Shown: positions 51,542 through 61,694, counted from the stretch's first letter. The stretch: 64,000 nucleotides of DNA from Candidatus Methanoperedenaceae archaeon (GCA_963753595.1 CAVWCX010000037.1:1-64000), one strand, 5' to 3'. Numbers and translations are program-made. Notes: generated from the sequence alone by a model not told the origin.

Positions 51542-52212
51542 GTATATTCGGTGAAATAAACTGCTATGGGCAGTGTTTAAGATCATGGGCGCCCATTGTA
51601 GCTTTTATTGTTATAATATCAATAACATCAATAGCAGCAAGCTTGATGTTGAATAACCCTAAGAAAAGGCTTCAAACCTTTATTTTTGCCCAGTTTACGG
51701 GTCTTATCGGGGTAGCCTTAACATTCTATCTCATGAATTGCAGTGAGATGCTGTCAATGTATCTCTATTTTGCTTACGTGGCGATTTCCACGATCTTAAT
51801 ATTTGGTACGCTGTATTATTATGACCGGCTAATGATAAAACGCCTTGAAGCAAAACCGGCCGGAAGCATATTAAAATGGACGCAGGAGTATGTTGATAAA
51901 CTGACATCGGCCAGGGTTTATTATTTTGATTCCGCAGTACCCAAAGCATTTGCAGCAGGACGTTCGATTTTCATATCGATAGGACTTCTTGAGATATTGG
52001 ATGACAATGAATTGAAGTCTGTACTGGCACATGAAGCATGGCATATACGCCATAATTCGGGAATGCCATTTATTTCCCGCCTTGCGATGATGGCATTTTC
52101 CTCAACCACTGAACCTCTACTTGAAGAGCAGGCAGATCGTTTTGCAGCCGAAATCGCAGGAAGGAAGGCGCTTTTTTCAGCGAGAAATAAGGTTGATAAA
52201 GTATTTATTTAA
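51538..52212 (+). CDS. Membrane zinc peptidase (BlaR1/M56- or M48-like)
   Basis: Three TM segments, PKAFA, VLAHEAWH, EEQAD; coupled to the repressor gene. Confidence 0.8.
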   Translation: MSIFGEINCYGQCLRSWAPIVAFIVIISITSIAASLMLNNPKKRLQTFIFAQFTGLIGVALTFYLMNCSEMLSMYLYFAYVAISTILIFGTLYYYDRLMIKRLEAKPAGSILKWTQEYVDKLTSARVYYFDSAVPKAFAAGRSIFISIGLLEILDDNELKSVLAHEAWHIRHNSGMPFISRLAMMAFSSTTEPLLEEQADRFAAEIAGRKALFSARNKVDKVFI

Positions 52213-52234
52213 GAAAATATAAGGATGGTTAAAT

Positions 52235-53200
52235 ATGTGGCTTAAATTGAGATTGTATCTGATAATGGCAGTATTATTCTCCATAATCTATGGGCTTGTA
52301 GTATTTGCAGTAAGTTATATGGGACTTCAGGGGACTGGATTTTTCTTTTATGGTGTTATCGCAACGATCATGATGCTTATCCAGTACATGATAGGACCAA
52401 AGATGGTAGAATGGTCAATGGGAGTGAAGTATGTTACTGAAGCAGAATATCCTGCTCTTCACAGGATGGTTACTGAACTTGCAAGAGATGCTGGCATACC
52501 AAAACCCAGGATCGGTATTGCGAGAATACCCATCCCTAACGCATTTGCATTCGGGCGCTGGGCAAAAGACGGACGGGTTTGTGTTACGGAAGGTATAATG
52601 ACCCTCCTTAACGAAAAAGAATTGAGGGCGGTTCTGGCGCATGAAATATCCCACCTGAAACACAAGGATGTTGCGATCATAACGATGATAAGTGTAATTC
52701 CCATGATATGCTGGTACTTTGCATGGAACCAGTTGTTCTCAGGCGGCAGGGAACGGGGAAATGGCATTCTTATAGGGATAGTCGCTCTGATAATATATTT
52801 CATTACAAATCTTCTTGTCCTGTATGTCTCAAGGATCAGGGAATATTATGCCGATGAAGGCGCGGTGAAACTCGGCAGCTCACCGCATCATCTCGCATCA
52901 GCTCTTTATAAACTTGTTTATGGCAGTGCAAGGGTTTCTAAAGAATCATTAAAACCCATAGAGGGCATGAAAGCTTTCTTTGCCAATGACCCATCGCGCG
53001 CTGGAAGTGATATAAGGGAATTATCCCAGATCGACCTTGACGGGAGCGGGACTATCGATATAAATGAACTTTTGGCTCTTCGGACCCGCCCGATAAAAGT
53101 TAAGACAACTGATAAGTTAATGGAAATGTTCAGCACACATCCAAATATGCTAAAACGCATACAGCGTTTGTCCTCCCTCCAGGGGATTTCCGCATACTAA
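52235..53200 (+). CDS. htpX: Protease HtpX (M48)
   Basis: PNAFA, LAHEISH, SRIREYYAD, FSTHP. Confidence 0.92.
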   Translation: MWLKLRLYLIMAVLFSIIYGLVVFAVSYMGLQGTGFFFYGVIATIMMLIQYMIGPKMVEWSMGVKYVTEAEYPALHRMVTELARDAGIPKPRIGIARIPIPNAFAFGRWAKDGRVCVTEGIMTLLNEKELRAVLAHEISHLKHKDVAIITMISVIPMICWYFAWNQLFSGGRERGNGILIGIVALIIYFITNLLVLYVSRIREYYADEGAVKLGSSPHHLASALYKLVYGSARVSKESLKPIEGMKAFFANDPSRAGSDIRELSQIDLDGSGTIDINELLALRTRPIKVKTTDKLMEMFSTHPNMLKRIQRLSSLQGISAY

Positions 53201-53479
53201 TTTTTCTTATTTTTTCTAATTGCCCCTCCGAAAAGGTTAAAAGGGATGTGATAGAATGAGGAGAAATCATTCACTCTTATGCAGTGATTCGGAGTTCATC
53301 TCCAGACATAATTGTTTCAAATTGTTTTGAAGATTCAAAATATTAATCTGGCAATAATGCCCGCGATCATTGTATAAATTTGTGATGAGCCGCAAGGCTG
53401 TTCCGGGTTGTCCGGGACATGTATCGTGCATTATGAAATGCATAATCCCCAACGATTGTTGGAAAAGGAGGACTATAGG

Positions 53480-54340
53480 TTGCTAAATGAATTACAGGGT
53501 AGAAAAGGTGACTTAAAAAATAAGTCGGAAGAGTATAAGGATAAAAGAAATGAATTCAATCTTGAAGCGAGTAAATGTGCCGCGAAAAGGAATGATTTAA
53601 ACAAACGCACAAAAGAGCTTATTGAAGAGGCACAACAACTCAAAAAGTTGCGTGATGAGAATAACGAACAGGTTGCTCAATCCAAAATCAAGCGCGACGA
53701 ATTAAATGATCAAGCTAATAAAATTTATGCGGATATCGATAAGATCCGCAAAGGCCTCAATCTCGGTGACGGCCCTTCGCTTAAAGAATTAAAGAAACAG
53801 ATCGATGGGCTGGAATTCAGGCAGCAGACCGAGGTAATGACACCCGCAAAGGAACGGGAACTTGTTGATAGTATTACAAAATTGACTGATGAGCTCAAAC
53901 ACAAAAAACAGCAGCTTGAGGGCAATACTGAATTAAAGACTTTTCTTGAACAGGCCCAGGCTCTTCGCGATGAAGCATTGGTACATCACAACAAAGTCAA
54001 GGAATTTGCTGATGCAGCACAGCAATATCATGATAAGATGATAGTGATATTCAAGGAAGCTGATACAATAAGGGCAGAATCTGATGCCGCACACAAGGAA
54101 TTTGTTAAAGCACAGGAAGCTGCGGACGAACAACACAGGTTATTCATCCAGACCCAGAAAGAGATCCGCGAGATCAATAAAGTGATTATCGGATTAAAGA
54201 GAAAGACAAAAGAAGGTAAGGACGAATCCATAAGGGAACAGGCCAAGAAGGAAGCTGAAGAGGTATATGCCCAGTTCAAGCTTGGTGAGAAACTGAATAC
54301 TGAGGATTTGATGTTACTGCAGAGATCGGGACTTCTATAA
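53480..54340 (+). CDS. Conserved archaeal coiled-coil protein (COG1340-like)
   Basis: GGAGG plus TTG start; long coiled coil; LEFRQQT; GEKLNTEDLMLLQ. Confidence 0.85.
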   Translation: MLNELQGRKGDLKNKSEEYKDKRNEFNLEASKCAAKRNDLNKRTKELIEEAQQLKKLRDENNEQVAQSKIKRDELNDQANKIYADIDKIRKGLNLGDGPSLKELKKQIDGLEFRQQTEVMTPAKERELVDSITKLTDELKHKKQQLEGNTELKTFLEQAQALRDEALVHHNKVKEFADAAQQYHDKMIVIFKEADTIRAESDAAHKEFVKAQEAADEQHRLFIQTQKEIREINKVIIGLKRKTKEGKDESIREQAKKEAEEVYAQFKLGEKLNTEDLMLLQRSGLL

Positions 54341-54367
54341 ATCCCCTTCTTTTTCTATTTTAGATTA

Positions 54368-55036
54368 ATGGAAAAATCTATCAAGTGTTATAACGTAAGC
54401 TGGGGTGAAGCTTACAGGCTCGCAAGAACGCTTGCACATAAAATTGTCGAATCAGGATTTAAGCCTGATATAATCATTGGTATCTCAAGGGGCGGCCTTG
54501 TTCCTGCGAGAATGGTATGTGATTTTCTTTTGCAGGACGAACTGATACCCACACAGACAGAACACTGGGGCATCGCTTCAAAACATGAGACTGCAAAGAT
54601 AAAATACTCGCTTCCAAAAGAAGCGGACATCTCAGGGAAAAAAATACTTGTTGTTGATGATGTTGCAGATACAGGGGATAGTTTATCTTTAATAATGGGT
54701 TACCTGGAACAAAAGGATCCCATAGAGATCAGGGCCGCAGTTCTCCATTATAAAACCAGTTCGACCGTGATACCGGATTATTGGGGTGAAAAACAAGAAG
54801 ACTGGAACTGGATAATATATCCCTGGGCTTTTTATGAAGACCTGGCCGGATTTGTGCAAAAATTACTGGATAAACCTTCAACTAATGAAGAGATAAGGAT
54901 CGGTCTTTTAGGCAATTTCAATATAACAATGTCAAGAAAAGACCTTCTTGAAATGCTAAATGATTTTCACAAACTGGGAAAAATCAAAAAAATTGAAAAA
55001 AACAAAAAGGTATTATGGGAAAAAGTAGAACCTTGA
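54368..55036 (+). CDS. Phosphoribosyltransferase (purine-type) with C-terminal extension
   Basis: SRGGLVP, LVVDDVADTGDS, WIIYPW. Confidence 0.85.
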   Translation: MEKSIKCYNVSWGEAYRLARTLAHKIVESGFKPDIIIGISRGGLVPARMVCDFLLQDELIPTQTEHWGIASKHETAKIKYSLPKEADISGKKILVVDDVADTGDSLSLIMGYLEQKDPIEIRAAVLHYKTSSTVIPDYWGEKQEDWNWIIYPWAFYEDLAGFVQKLLDKPSTNEEIRIGLLGNFNITMSRKDLLEMLNDFHKLGKIKKIEKNKKVLWEKVEP

Positions 55037-55048
55037 AAGGATAAAATA

Positions 55049-55324
55049 ATGAATACCAGGGTTCATGTTTTTGTTTCGGGGAAGGTGCAGGGTGTGTTCT
55101 TCAGGTCAAGCACTAAAAATATGGCGCAAGTACTTGGCCTCAAAGGTTGGGTAAGGAACCTTGCTGACGGGCGAGTGGAAGCTGTTTTTGAAGGTGAAGA
55201 GGAAGCAATTGAAAAAATGCTGGAGTGGTGCAAGGCAGGTCCCGAATATGCTAAAGTAACAGGCATAGAAGTTGTTGCCGAACATTACAAAGGGGAATTC
55301 AATGAGTTCTTACTTTTGCGGTAA
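55049..55324 (+). CDS. acyP: Acylphosphatase
   Basis: GKVQGVFFR, GWVRNLADGRVE. Confidence 0.93.
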   Translation: MNTRVHVFVSGKVQGVFFRSSTKNMAQVLGLKGWVRNLADGRVEAVFEGEEEAIEKMLEWCKAGPEYAKVTGIEVVAEHYKGEFNEFLLLR

Positions 55325-55355
55325 TTATAAACCAAGCCTTGCCAATAATAGAGCC

Positions 55356-55678
55356 GAGAGAGGAAGAGCGGCCGCCGGCAGCAAGTCTGCTGAGGAAAGT
55401 CCCCTCACCATCTGGACCGCGGACATGTGCAAGCATGTAGGGTGAGAATCCTGGCTCTGGAACAGAAACGATACCGCAGCGCAGTAATGCGATGATTCCG
55501 AAAGGATGAGATCATGTGTATGCGGATGGAACGGCGAATCCACGCGGGTGCAAGCCGAAATAGGGCATTAAAGGGCAGTCCAGACCTGTCCGAGTACGGC
55601 GCATAGCTGAATGCCGCAGTGCGCTACAGGGGCACTCGCCCCTTGCGCTGAACATAAAGGGGCTTACTCTCCTCACTC
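55356..55678 (+). ncRNA. rnpB: RNase P RNA (archaeal type A)
   Basis: GAGGAAAGTCC, ACAGAAACG, GGGTGCAAG, AACATAAAGGGGCTTA; the ends pair to form P1. Confidence 0.92.
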
Positions 55679-55724
55679 AAATTCTGTGATATGATTTAAA
55701 TAACTAAAAAACCAATTATCTAAC

Positions 55725-55931
55725 ATGCAATTCACGATAAAACTCGAACCATCTGATGAAGGCGGATATACAGCCCAATGTCTTGAACTTCCCACTGCTA
55801 TCAGTGAGGGTGACACAAAAGAAGATGCCCTGGAAAATATCAGGGAAGCAATTCAACTTGTTCTTGAAGTCACACAGGAGCAAGCCAGGTCATATACAGA
55901 AGTATGTAAGGTGGAAGTCGCTTGTGCCTAA
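55725..55931 (+). CDS. hicB: HicB-family antitoxin
   Basis: EGGYTAQCLELP.AISEGDTKEDALENIREAI. Confidence 0.88.
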   Translation: MQFTIKLEPSDEGGYTAQCLELPTAISEGDTKEDALENIREAIQLVLEVTQEQARSYTEVCKVEVACA

Positions 55932-56139
55932 ACTTCCTTCAGTGACCGGCAGGAAAATTATCAGGTCTTTGAATAAGTTGGGTTTTATCATAGTACGTCA
56001 GAGGGGAAGCCATGTGTTCATGCAAAGAGAAGACACAACAGTTACTGTTCCATTGCACGATCCAGTTAAGAAAACCACCCTCAAAAGTATTTTAAATCAG
56101 GCCGGAGTTTCATTGAAAGAATTTTTAGAAAATCTTTGA
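55924..56139 (+). CDS. hicA: HicA-family mRNA interferase toxin
   Basis: GTG start; LGF..RQRGSHV..VTVPLH..TLKSILNQAG. Confidence 0.88.
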   Translation: MPKLPSVTGRKIIRSLNKLGFIIVRQRGSHVFMQREDTTVTVPLHDPVKKTTLKSILNQAGVSLKEFLENL

Positions 56140-56221
56140 AAAATAAGCTTTGCGACTGTGTTTGATGGTTGTTTTTTCAAAACCAATTCATTTTAATACC
56201 CTTCAATCATAATAACCCATC

Positions 56222-58024
56222 ATGGCCTCAATCATCGACCCAATCTATGGTCATGTGGCAATAAGCAAACTCGAGCAGCTCATCATCAACACTCCCGAAA
56301 TGGCGCGCCTGCGCCGCATACAGCAGCTTGGACTTGCCGACCTTGCATTTCCGGGCGCGAACCATACGCGTTTTGAACATAGCGTGGGGACATTGTTCAT
56401 GGCTGATAAGATAGCAAAGGCGCTTGGACTAACACATGAGGAAATTTCAAAAGTAAGGATGGCAGCTCTTCTACATGACGTTGGCCATTGCGCATTTTCG
56501 CATGTCATCGAAAGCATTCTCAAACGAAATCCATCATACCAACCTGTGCTTAATGGAAAGAATTTCATGAACCATGAGATGTTTACGAAATTTATAATCG
56601 CGAATTCATTCCATATCATGCCTGAAATTGCTGAGCATGCTGATGCTTCATTTTTCCAGGAGGTTTCAAGGATCGCGACCGGTGATATTGAAGGCGTTCC
56701 AAAACCATATCTTTCCCAGATCATCTCGAATGATATAGACGCTGACAGGATCGATTTCCTGCTGCGTGATTCCTACCACACGGGTGTTTCTTTCGGGCTT
56801 GTTGATGTTGACCAGATCATTGGAAGCATGTCACTTCATAATGGCAGTATTATTCTTGGCGGGACCCTCAGCTATGATGAGGACATGGCGCTTACTGCTG
56901 CTGAATCCATGCTGATCGCAAGAGCGCATCATTATTCTGCGATAATACATAATCCCAGGACACAGGGTGCCAGAGTCATGCTGCTTCATGCTCTTGAAAA
57001 AACACTCGCAAGGTATAAAGAGTCAGGGAATGATGTAAAAGCAGTCGTTTTAAAATTCTTTACTACATACAATGACAGTGATCTTTTAAATTTCATCGAA
57101 GTGAACGGAGATGAAAACTCAAGGAAACTGATAGCAAATATTAGAAATGCCAGCATTTGCAGCGCAGTTTCTCGTTTCACACATAAGAACCTCAATCCAA
57201 GGACAAGAATGGCGCTTTCCACCATCGCAAGGAACGGTGTCGCCAAGAAAATGTTCGAAGACGGTCTTGCAAAACGTTTCGCTGATAAATATGGGGCTTC
57301 TGTTCTTGTTGACCTTGATGTCGCAAGCGGGATACCAAAAAGCACCCGCGTAAAGATCGGTGAGGAGGAGAGTTTCCTGTACGATGAATCTGCCCTTGCC
57401 AATGGTCTTGTGAGGGCGATCTCGCGCCAGATATCGTTATGCGTATTTTCAAAGATGGGAGATAACGCTGCCCTTTCGCAGGCATCCCATGATTTTCTGC
57501 TTGGTATCGAAAACCATTCCCCTCACATTTTGCGTTTCATAAGGAATGAAAACTACCTCCCGATTGAAGGCCTTCTTCTCATTTTTTACAGCGCCCACAG
57601 GCTTTTCAGCAGCGAGGATGGCGGAAGGATCACTATGCCAAGGCTTCGAAACATTGCAAAGATCTATTATCTCGTAAAGGAGCTTGGAAAAGATGAAAAA
57701 TTAAAGAATTTGTTCGATTACAGGTTCCATACCCGCTACGGCTTCTCATACAGCGATAAGCTTTTTGAGGATATCCAGCTACTTGTGGCGATGGGAATGG
57801 TGGATGAAGACCTGCGGTATTTTGAAAAAAAGGGGCGGTGGCAGCAGCGTTATGAATATGTCCTTACAAGCGATGGCCTTCTTTATGCAGAATCGATCGC
57901 TCCGGCATACCAGAACGAACTGGCCATAATTAGAAATTATCTGGCTCTTAATAAGCATTCTATTCCCAGGGATATGTTGAGTGTGGCTTCGAAACGATAT
58001 AGCAGGGTTAAATCTCTCAGATAA
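56222..58024 (+). CDS. HD-domain phosphohydrolase (dNTPase-like) with C-terminal wHTH-like domain
   Basis: RLRRIQQLG, HTRFEHS, LHDVGH, DADRIDFLLRD. Confidence 0.85.
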   Translation: MASIIDPIYGHVAISKLEQLIINTPEMARLRRIQQLGLADLAFPGANHTRFEHSVGTLFMADKIAKALGLTHEEISKVRMAALLHDVGHCAFSHVIESILKRNPSYQPVLNGKNFMNHEMFTKFIIANSFHIMPEIAEHADASFFQEVSRIATGDIEGVPKPYLSQIISNDIDADRIDFLLRDSYHTGVSFGLVDVDQIIGSMSLHNGSIILGGTLSYDEDMALTAAESMLIARAHHYSAIIHNPRTQGARVMLLHALEKTLARYKESGNDVKAVVLKFFTTYNDSDLLNFIEVNGDENSRKLIANIRNASICSAVSRFTHKNLNPRTRMALSTIARNGVAKKMFEDGLAKRFADKYGASVLVDLDVASGIPKSTRVKIGEEESFLYDESALANGLVRAISRQISLCVFSKMGDNAALSQASHDFLLGIENHSPHILRFIRNENYLPIEGLLLIFYSAHRLFSSEDGGRITMPRLRNIAKIYYLVKELGKDEKLKNLFDYRFHTRYGFSYSDKLFEDIQLLVAMGMVDEDLRYFEKKGRWQQRYEYVLTSDGLLYAESIAPAYQNELAIIRNYLALNKHSIPRDMLSVASKRYSRVKSLR

Positions 58025-58115
58025 TGTACGAAATTCTTGGATGGTAGAATCCCGAAATTTTTGGATGAATTTATATATGATAAAAAGCACTAATGAGACC
58101 AGAGGATGATGGAAC

Positions 58116-58226
58116 ATGAATGAAACAGACGGCAATAAAAGTGATACAATGGTGATTTTAGCAGTTCTGATAGTAATACTGATTATTGCAGGTGTCCTGT
58201 ACTTATTCTACAGAGTACCAAATTAA
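58116..58226 (+). CDS. Single-TM micro-protein, 36 aa
   Basis: MNETDGNKSDTMVILAVLIVILIIAGVLYLFYRVPN; GAGGA upstream. Confidence 0.55.
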   Translation: MNETDGNKSDTMVILAVLIVILIIAGVLYLFYRVPN

Positions 58227-58263
58227 AAAATAACTTTTTTAAAAAAAGACAAACAAAATTTTT

Positions 58264-58506
58264 TTACTTTTCAGCTATTACTTCGCGGATTACTTCTTTG
58301 AGGGAATCCCTGAGTTTGCTTTCAGGATTTGAAATTTCATCTTCGATTATATCCAGTACAAGATCAAATCCTCCAGGGCTTGATACGATATAATCCTGGA
58401 CTACAGTATCCATTTTTTCACAGCAGTCGATACATAGATCAACGCCTTCAATTTCAGCGTCGTTAACGGGTTCAAGAGCAGTATGACATAAGAAACATTC
58501 ACTCAT
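58264..58506 (-). CDS. Small Zn-finger-like protein
   Basis: CFLC..CIDC; GGTGA upstream. Confidence 0.7.
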   Translation of the reverse strand: MSECFLCHTALEPVNDAEIEGVDLCIDCCEKMDTVVQDYIVSSPGGFDLVLDIIEDEISNPESKLRDSLKEVIREVIAEK

Positions 58507-58586
58507 AACATCACCTGCGCCGTAAATGAATCTAACATCATATCAATGTTATGCATGAGAAATCCTTAAAGTTCAGGAGGTTTATT

Positions 58587-58967
58587 ATGGCGCTCATGGC
58601 AAAAGTAGAAGTCGTGATGGATGAAAAAGCACTCCTCGCCAGGCATATGCTTAACTTCAAGCTTGTAAAATTATCCTGGGCGTTGTTTTTTATTCTTATC
58701 GGAGGAAGCTGGATACTTGAAAGCCTCAAGAAGATAGACAACACACAAAAATAGGGAATTATTTATGCAGGATGCGGCGCAATCCTTCTTTTGTTGAACA
58801 TACTGCGGATCGCCTGGAAGATCAATATCAGTGATTTTACTACCTGGCTTGGCATAGTTGGATTAATATTAGGGATAGCGAAATATTTTAATTTTGAATT
58901 TGAAATATGGGCTACAATTATACTAATTTTTGGCATCAAAATGCTTTTGGGAGTGTTCAGGAAGTAG
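58587..58967 (+). pseudogene. Four-TM membrane protein interrupted by an in-frame TAG (58752-58754)
   Basis: AGGAGG upstream; the frame stays open for 70 more codons (GIIYAGCG..LLGVFRK) after the TAG. Confidence 0.7.
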
Positions 58968-59026
58968 ATTTATACGGCTTTTTCTTACGATACCTTAAAA
59001 TCCTATAAAAAACATTAGTACCTTTC

Positions 59027-59197
59027 ATGGCAAAAAAGAAAGAAGGCAGCGGCTTGATGTCTTCAGCTGGCTTAATGAGATACTACGATTCGGAAGAGAC
59101 AGCTGTATTGATCGAGCCAAAAACCGTTGTTACTATAGCAGTATTGTGTGGACTTGCAGTTCTTGTATTAAATGCATCATATGGTATCTGGCCGTAA
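59027..59197 (+). CDS. secG: Preprotein translocase Sec61beta/SecG subunit
   Basis: MAKKKEGSGLMSSAGLMRYYDSEE..IEPK followed by a TM helix. Confidence 0.92.
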   Translation: MAKKKEGSGLMSSAGLMRYYDSEETAVLIEPKTVVTIAVLCGLAVLVLNASYGIWP

Positions 59198-59249
59198 TAC
59201 AGATTCTCAATCATAATATTTTTTAACCATCACTTTCAATCAGGATAGC

Positions 59250-60065
59250 ATGAAGCTATTTGGCGTTCTTGGCGATCCTGTATCGCACAGTCTTTCACCC
59301 GCAATGCAAAATGCGGCATTTAAAGCACTTGGTATGGACTGCGAATATCATGCGTTCAGGGTAAACAAGGATTCCCTTCATGATGCGATCCATGGGGCCT
59401 GTGCACTCGGGTTTGGGGGCTTAAATCTTACAATTCCCCTGAAGGAGAAGGCTCTTGGAATAGTCAAGCCCACAGACCTTGCAAAACATATTGGCGCGGT
59501 AAATACCGTTGATTTTAAAAATGGAATTATTGGTTATAACACTGACGGGCTTGGGGCCAAAATGGCACTCACCGAAAATGGCGTGAAGATCAAAGGAAAA
59601 AATGTCCTGCTTCTGGGCGCCGGGGGAGCGGCAAGAGCGATCGCGTTCACACTTGCGGCAGAAGGAGCCAATGTGACCATCGCCAACAGGACGCCGGAAA
59701 GAGCAATATCCCTTGCAAAAGAGATTGAAAGTGCTGGAAAAATAAGCGCGTCAAGTCTAATGGATCTTAAAAATCTTATCAAGAACAGTGATATTCTTAT
59801 AAATTCAACTGCTGTCGGCATGTCTCCCGGAGTTTTAGAAACCCCTGTGACCTCAGACATAATGCACAGTGACCTTGTTGTTTTTGATATTGTCTATAAC
59901 CCCCTCAATACACGATTGCTCCAGGAAGCAAAAACAGCTGGAGCAAAAACAATAGATGGCGTGAAGATGCTTGTGTACCAGGGAGCAGAGGCGTTTAAGA
60001 TATGGACTGGCAAGACACCGCCTGTTGATATAATGGAAAAAGCTGTGAGGGAAAGACTGATATGA
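59250..60065 (+). CDS. aroE: Shikimate dehydrogenase
   Basis: HSLSP, NLTIPLK, GAVNT, NTDG, GAGGAA. Confidence 0.95.
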   Translation: MKLFGVLGDPVSHSLSPAMQNAAFKALGMDCEYHAFRVNKDSLHDAIHGACALGFGGLNLTIPLKEKALGIVKPTDLAKHIGAVNTVDFKNGIIGYNTDGLGAKMALTENGVKIKGKNVLLLGAGGAARAIAFTLAAEGANVTIANRTPERAISLAKEIESAGKISASSLMDLKNLIKNSDILINSTAVGMSPGVLETPVTSDIMHSDLVVFDIVYNPLNTRLLQEAKTAGAKTIDGVKMLVYQGAEAFKIWTGKTPPVDIMEKAVRERLI

Positions 60066-61363
60066 AAATACTGATAATCGGGGGAACTGGAGAAACAGGC
60101 CAGTGGTTTGCGAAGTTTTATAAAAAACACGGGTTTGATGTTGCCATATGGGGCATCAATAAGAAAAAAGAGGTTGCACAGGAGTTAGGTGTAGTTTTTG
60201 CGGATGACCTTGACAATGAAATAAAATCAAGTGATATCGTCATGATATCTGTCCCGATAAATATCACTGAAAAAACGATTTCGGATATTGCTCCAAAAAT
60301 GCCTGCGGGAAGTCTTCTCATGGATATCACTTCTATAAAAACAGGCCCTATGGAAGCGATGATAAAGTATGCACCAGGCGACGTTGAGATACTTGGATCG
60401 CATCCAATGTTCGGCCCCTCTCTCCCTGATATAAGGGGACAGATCGTGATATTCACGCCTGTTAATGGACGGAGTTCAAAATGGTTCCCTCAAATAAAAA
60501 GCCTGTATGAGGATAATGGCGCGCATATAGAGATATTGGATGCGCTTGAGCACGACAGGATGATGTCGGTTGTCCAGGGTCTTACGCATTTTGCTTATAT
60601 TACCATAGGAACGGTTTTCAGGCAACTTGAATTTGATGTTGCAAAATCACGCAGGTTCATGAGCCCCATGTATGATATCATGCTTGACCTCGTGGGGCGG
60701 ATCCTTGCCCAAAACCCATACCTGTATGCCATGATACAGATGAATCCCGAGGTGGCAAAAGTGCATAAGGCTTACATCGACCAGTGCAACCAGATAGCTG
60801 AAATGGTACAAAGGAAAGATATTGAGGGTTTTGTGAGTCTTATGAAAAAAGCGGCTGTACATTTTGGGGATACAGAATCAGCACTCAGGCGCTCGGATAA
60901 GCTAATTGGCACAAAAATTGCTGAGCATGAGGAACTTGTTCGTTCCATAGGGGGCGAGCGCGCAATCAAGCACATTTATTCAGGTATTATTCATATAGGG
61001 ATTGTCAAAAAAGTCACTCCCCGGACCGTTATCCTGGAACGGGGCGGGAAAAAGATCGAATTCCTGATCGAGAACGTCAGACTATTAAATGAAAAGGAAT
61101 TATATTCCTGGAAATCAGCAAATTTATTAAATGTGACTCGTGATGTCTCAGTTTATATTCCAGCCGCTTCCGACGCAGAGATCATAAAAAGCGTCATCGT
61201 AAGCAGGGAAGGGATCGTATCTGTGCAAATCATAGATATTTATAACAAGCAACAAACACAAAGTGTTACATACAGGCTCACAATATTTGGCGATCGTGAT
61301 GCAGCTGTTGTGCAAGGAAATGTTGAGAAACTTCTCAAGGGCATAGGCTGTAATATCAGGTAA
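60062..61363 (+). CDS. tyrA: Prephenate dehydrogenase
   Basis: IIGGTG, DITSIK, HPMFGP, EHD.MMS.VQGLTH. Confidence 0.92.
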   Translation: MKILIIGGTGETGQWFAKFYKKHGFDVAIWGINKKKEVAQELGVVFADDLDNEIKSSDIVMISVPINITEKTISDIAPKMPAGSLLMDITSIKTGPMEAMIKYAPGDVEILGSHPMFGPSLPDIRGQIVIFTPVNGRSSKWFPQIKSLYEDNGAHIEILDALEHDRMMSVVQGLTHFAYITIGTVFRQLEFDVAKSRRFMSPMYDIMLDLVGRILAQNPYLYAMIQMNPEVAKVHKAYIDQCNQIAEMVQRKDIEGFVSLMKKAAVHFGDTESALRRSDKLIGTKIAEHEELVRSIGGERAIKHIYSGIIHIGIVKKVTPRTVILERGGKKIEFLIENVRLLNEKELYSWKSANLLNVTRDVSVYIPAASDAEIIKSVIVSREGIVSVQIIDIYNKQQTQSVTYRLTIFGDRDAAVVQGNVEKLLKGIGCNIR

Positions 61364-61411
61364 GATTTAATATTGATGAAGGCACGCAACAGAGAAAGAA
61401 GGTGAATTAAA

Positions 61412-61651
61412 ATGGTAGAAAAGACAACAGTCAGGCCAAAGATCCAGGATTTAAAAATAGGGGATGTCCTGCATGTGGGAACAGAAGAGAAAGGGGAGAT
61501 ATTTAAAGTCACAAAACTGGGTGAAAATACTTTCATTTACGACCAGGGCGGCGACCTCAAGGAATATGGCAGGGCAGTAATGGCTAAAAACATCTTCGGT
61601 TTTGCGGAGAAGTACAAGGCGATTTACTGGATAACGAGAGAGGATGAATAA
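61412..61651 (+). CDS. Small hypothetical protein
   Basis: AGGTG upstream; 79-aa ORF. Confidence 0.7.
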   Translation: MVEKTTVRPKIQDLKIGDVLHVGTEEKGEIFKVTKLGENTFIYDQGGDLKEYGRAVMAKNIFGFAEKYKAIYWITREDE

Positions 61652-61658
61652 AGAATAA

Positions 61659-61694
61659 AGGGAGTGTAATCAGTGAGTGTAGGGAGTGTAATCA
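61659..61694. repeat. 14-bp direct repeat between convergent genes
   Basis: AGGGAGTGTAATCA at 61659 and 61681. Confidence 0.6.

Noticed and set aside
53255-53479. SRP RNA
   Set aside because: It has a GNRA hairpin but lacks the helix-8 GGAAGG..AGCA signature
55325-55543. Minus-strand 72-aa ORF
   Set aside because: Antisense to the RNase P RNA gene
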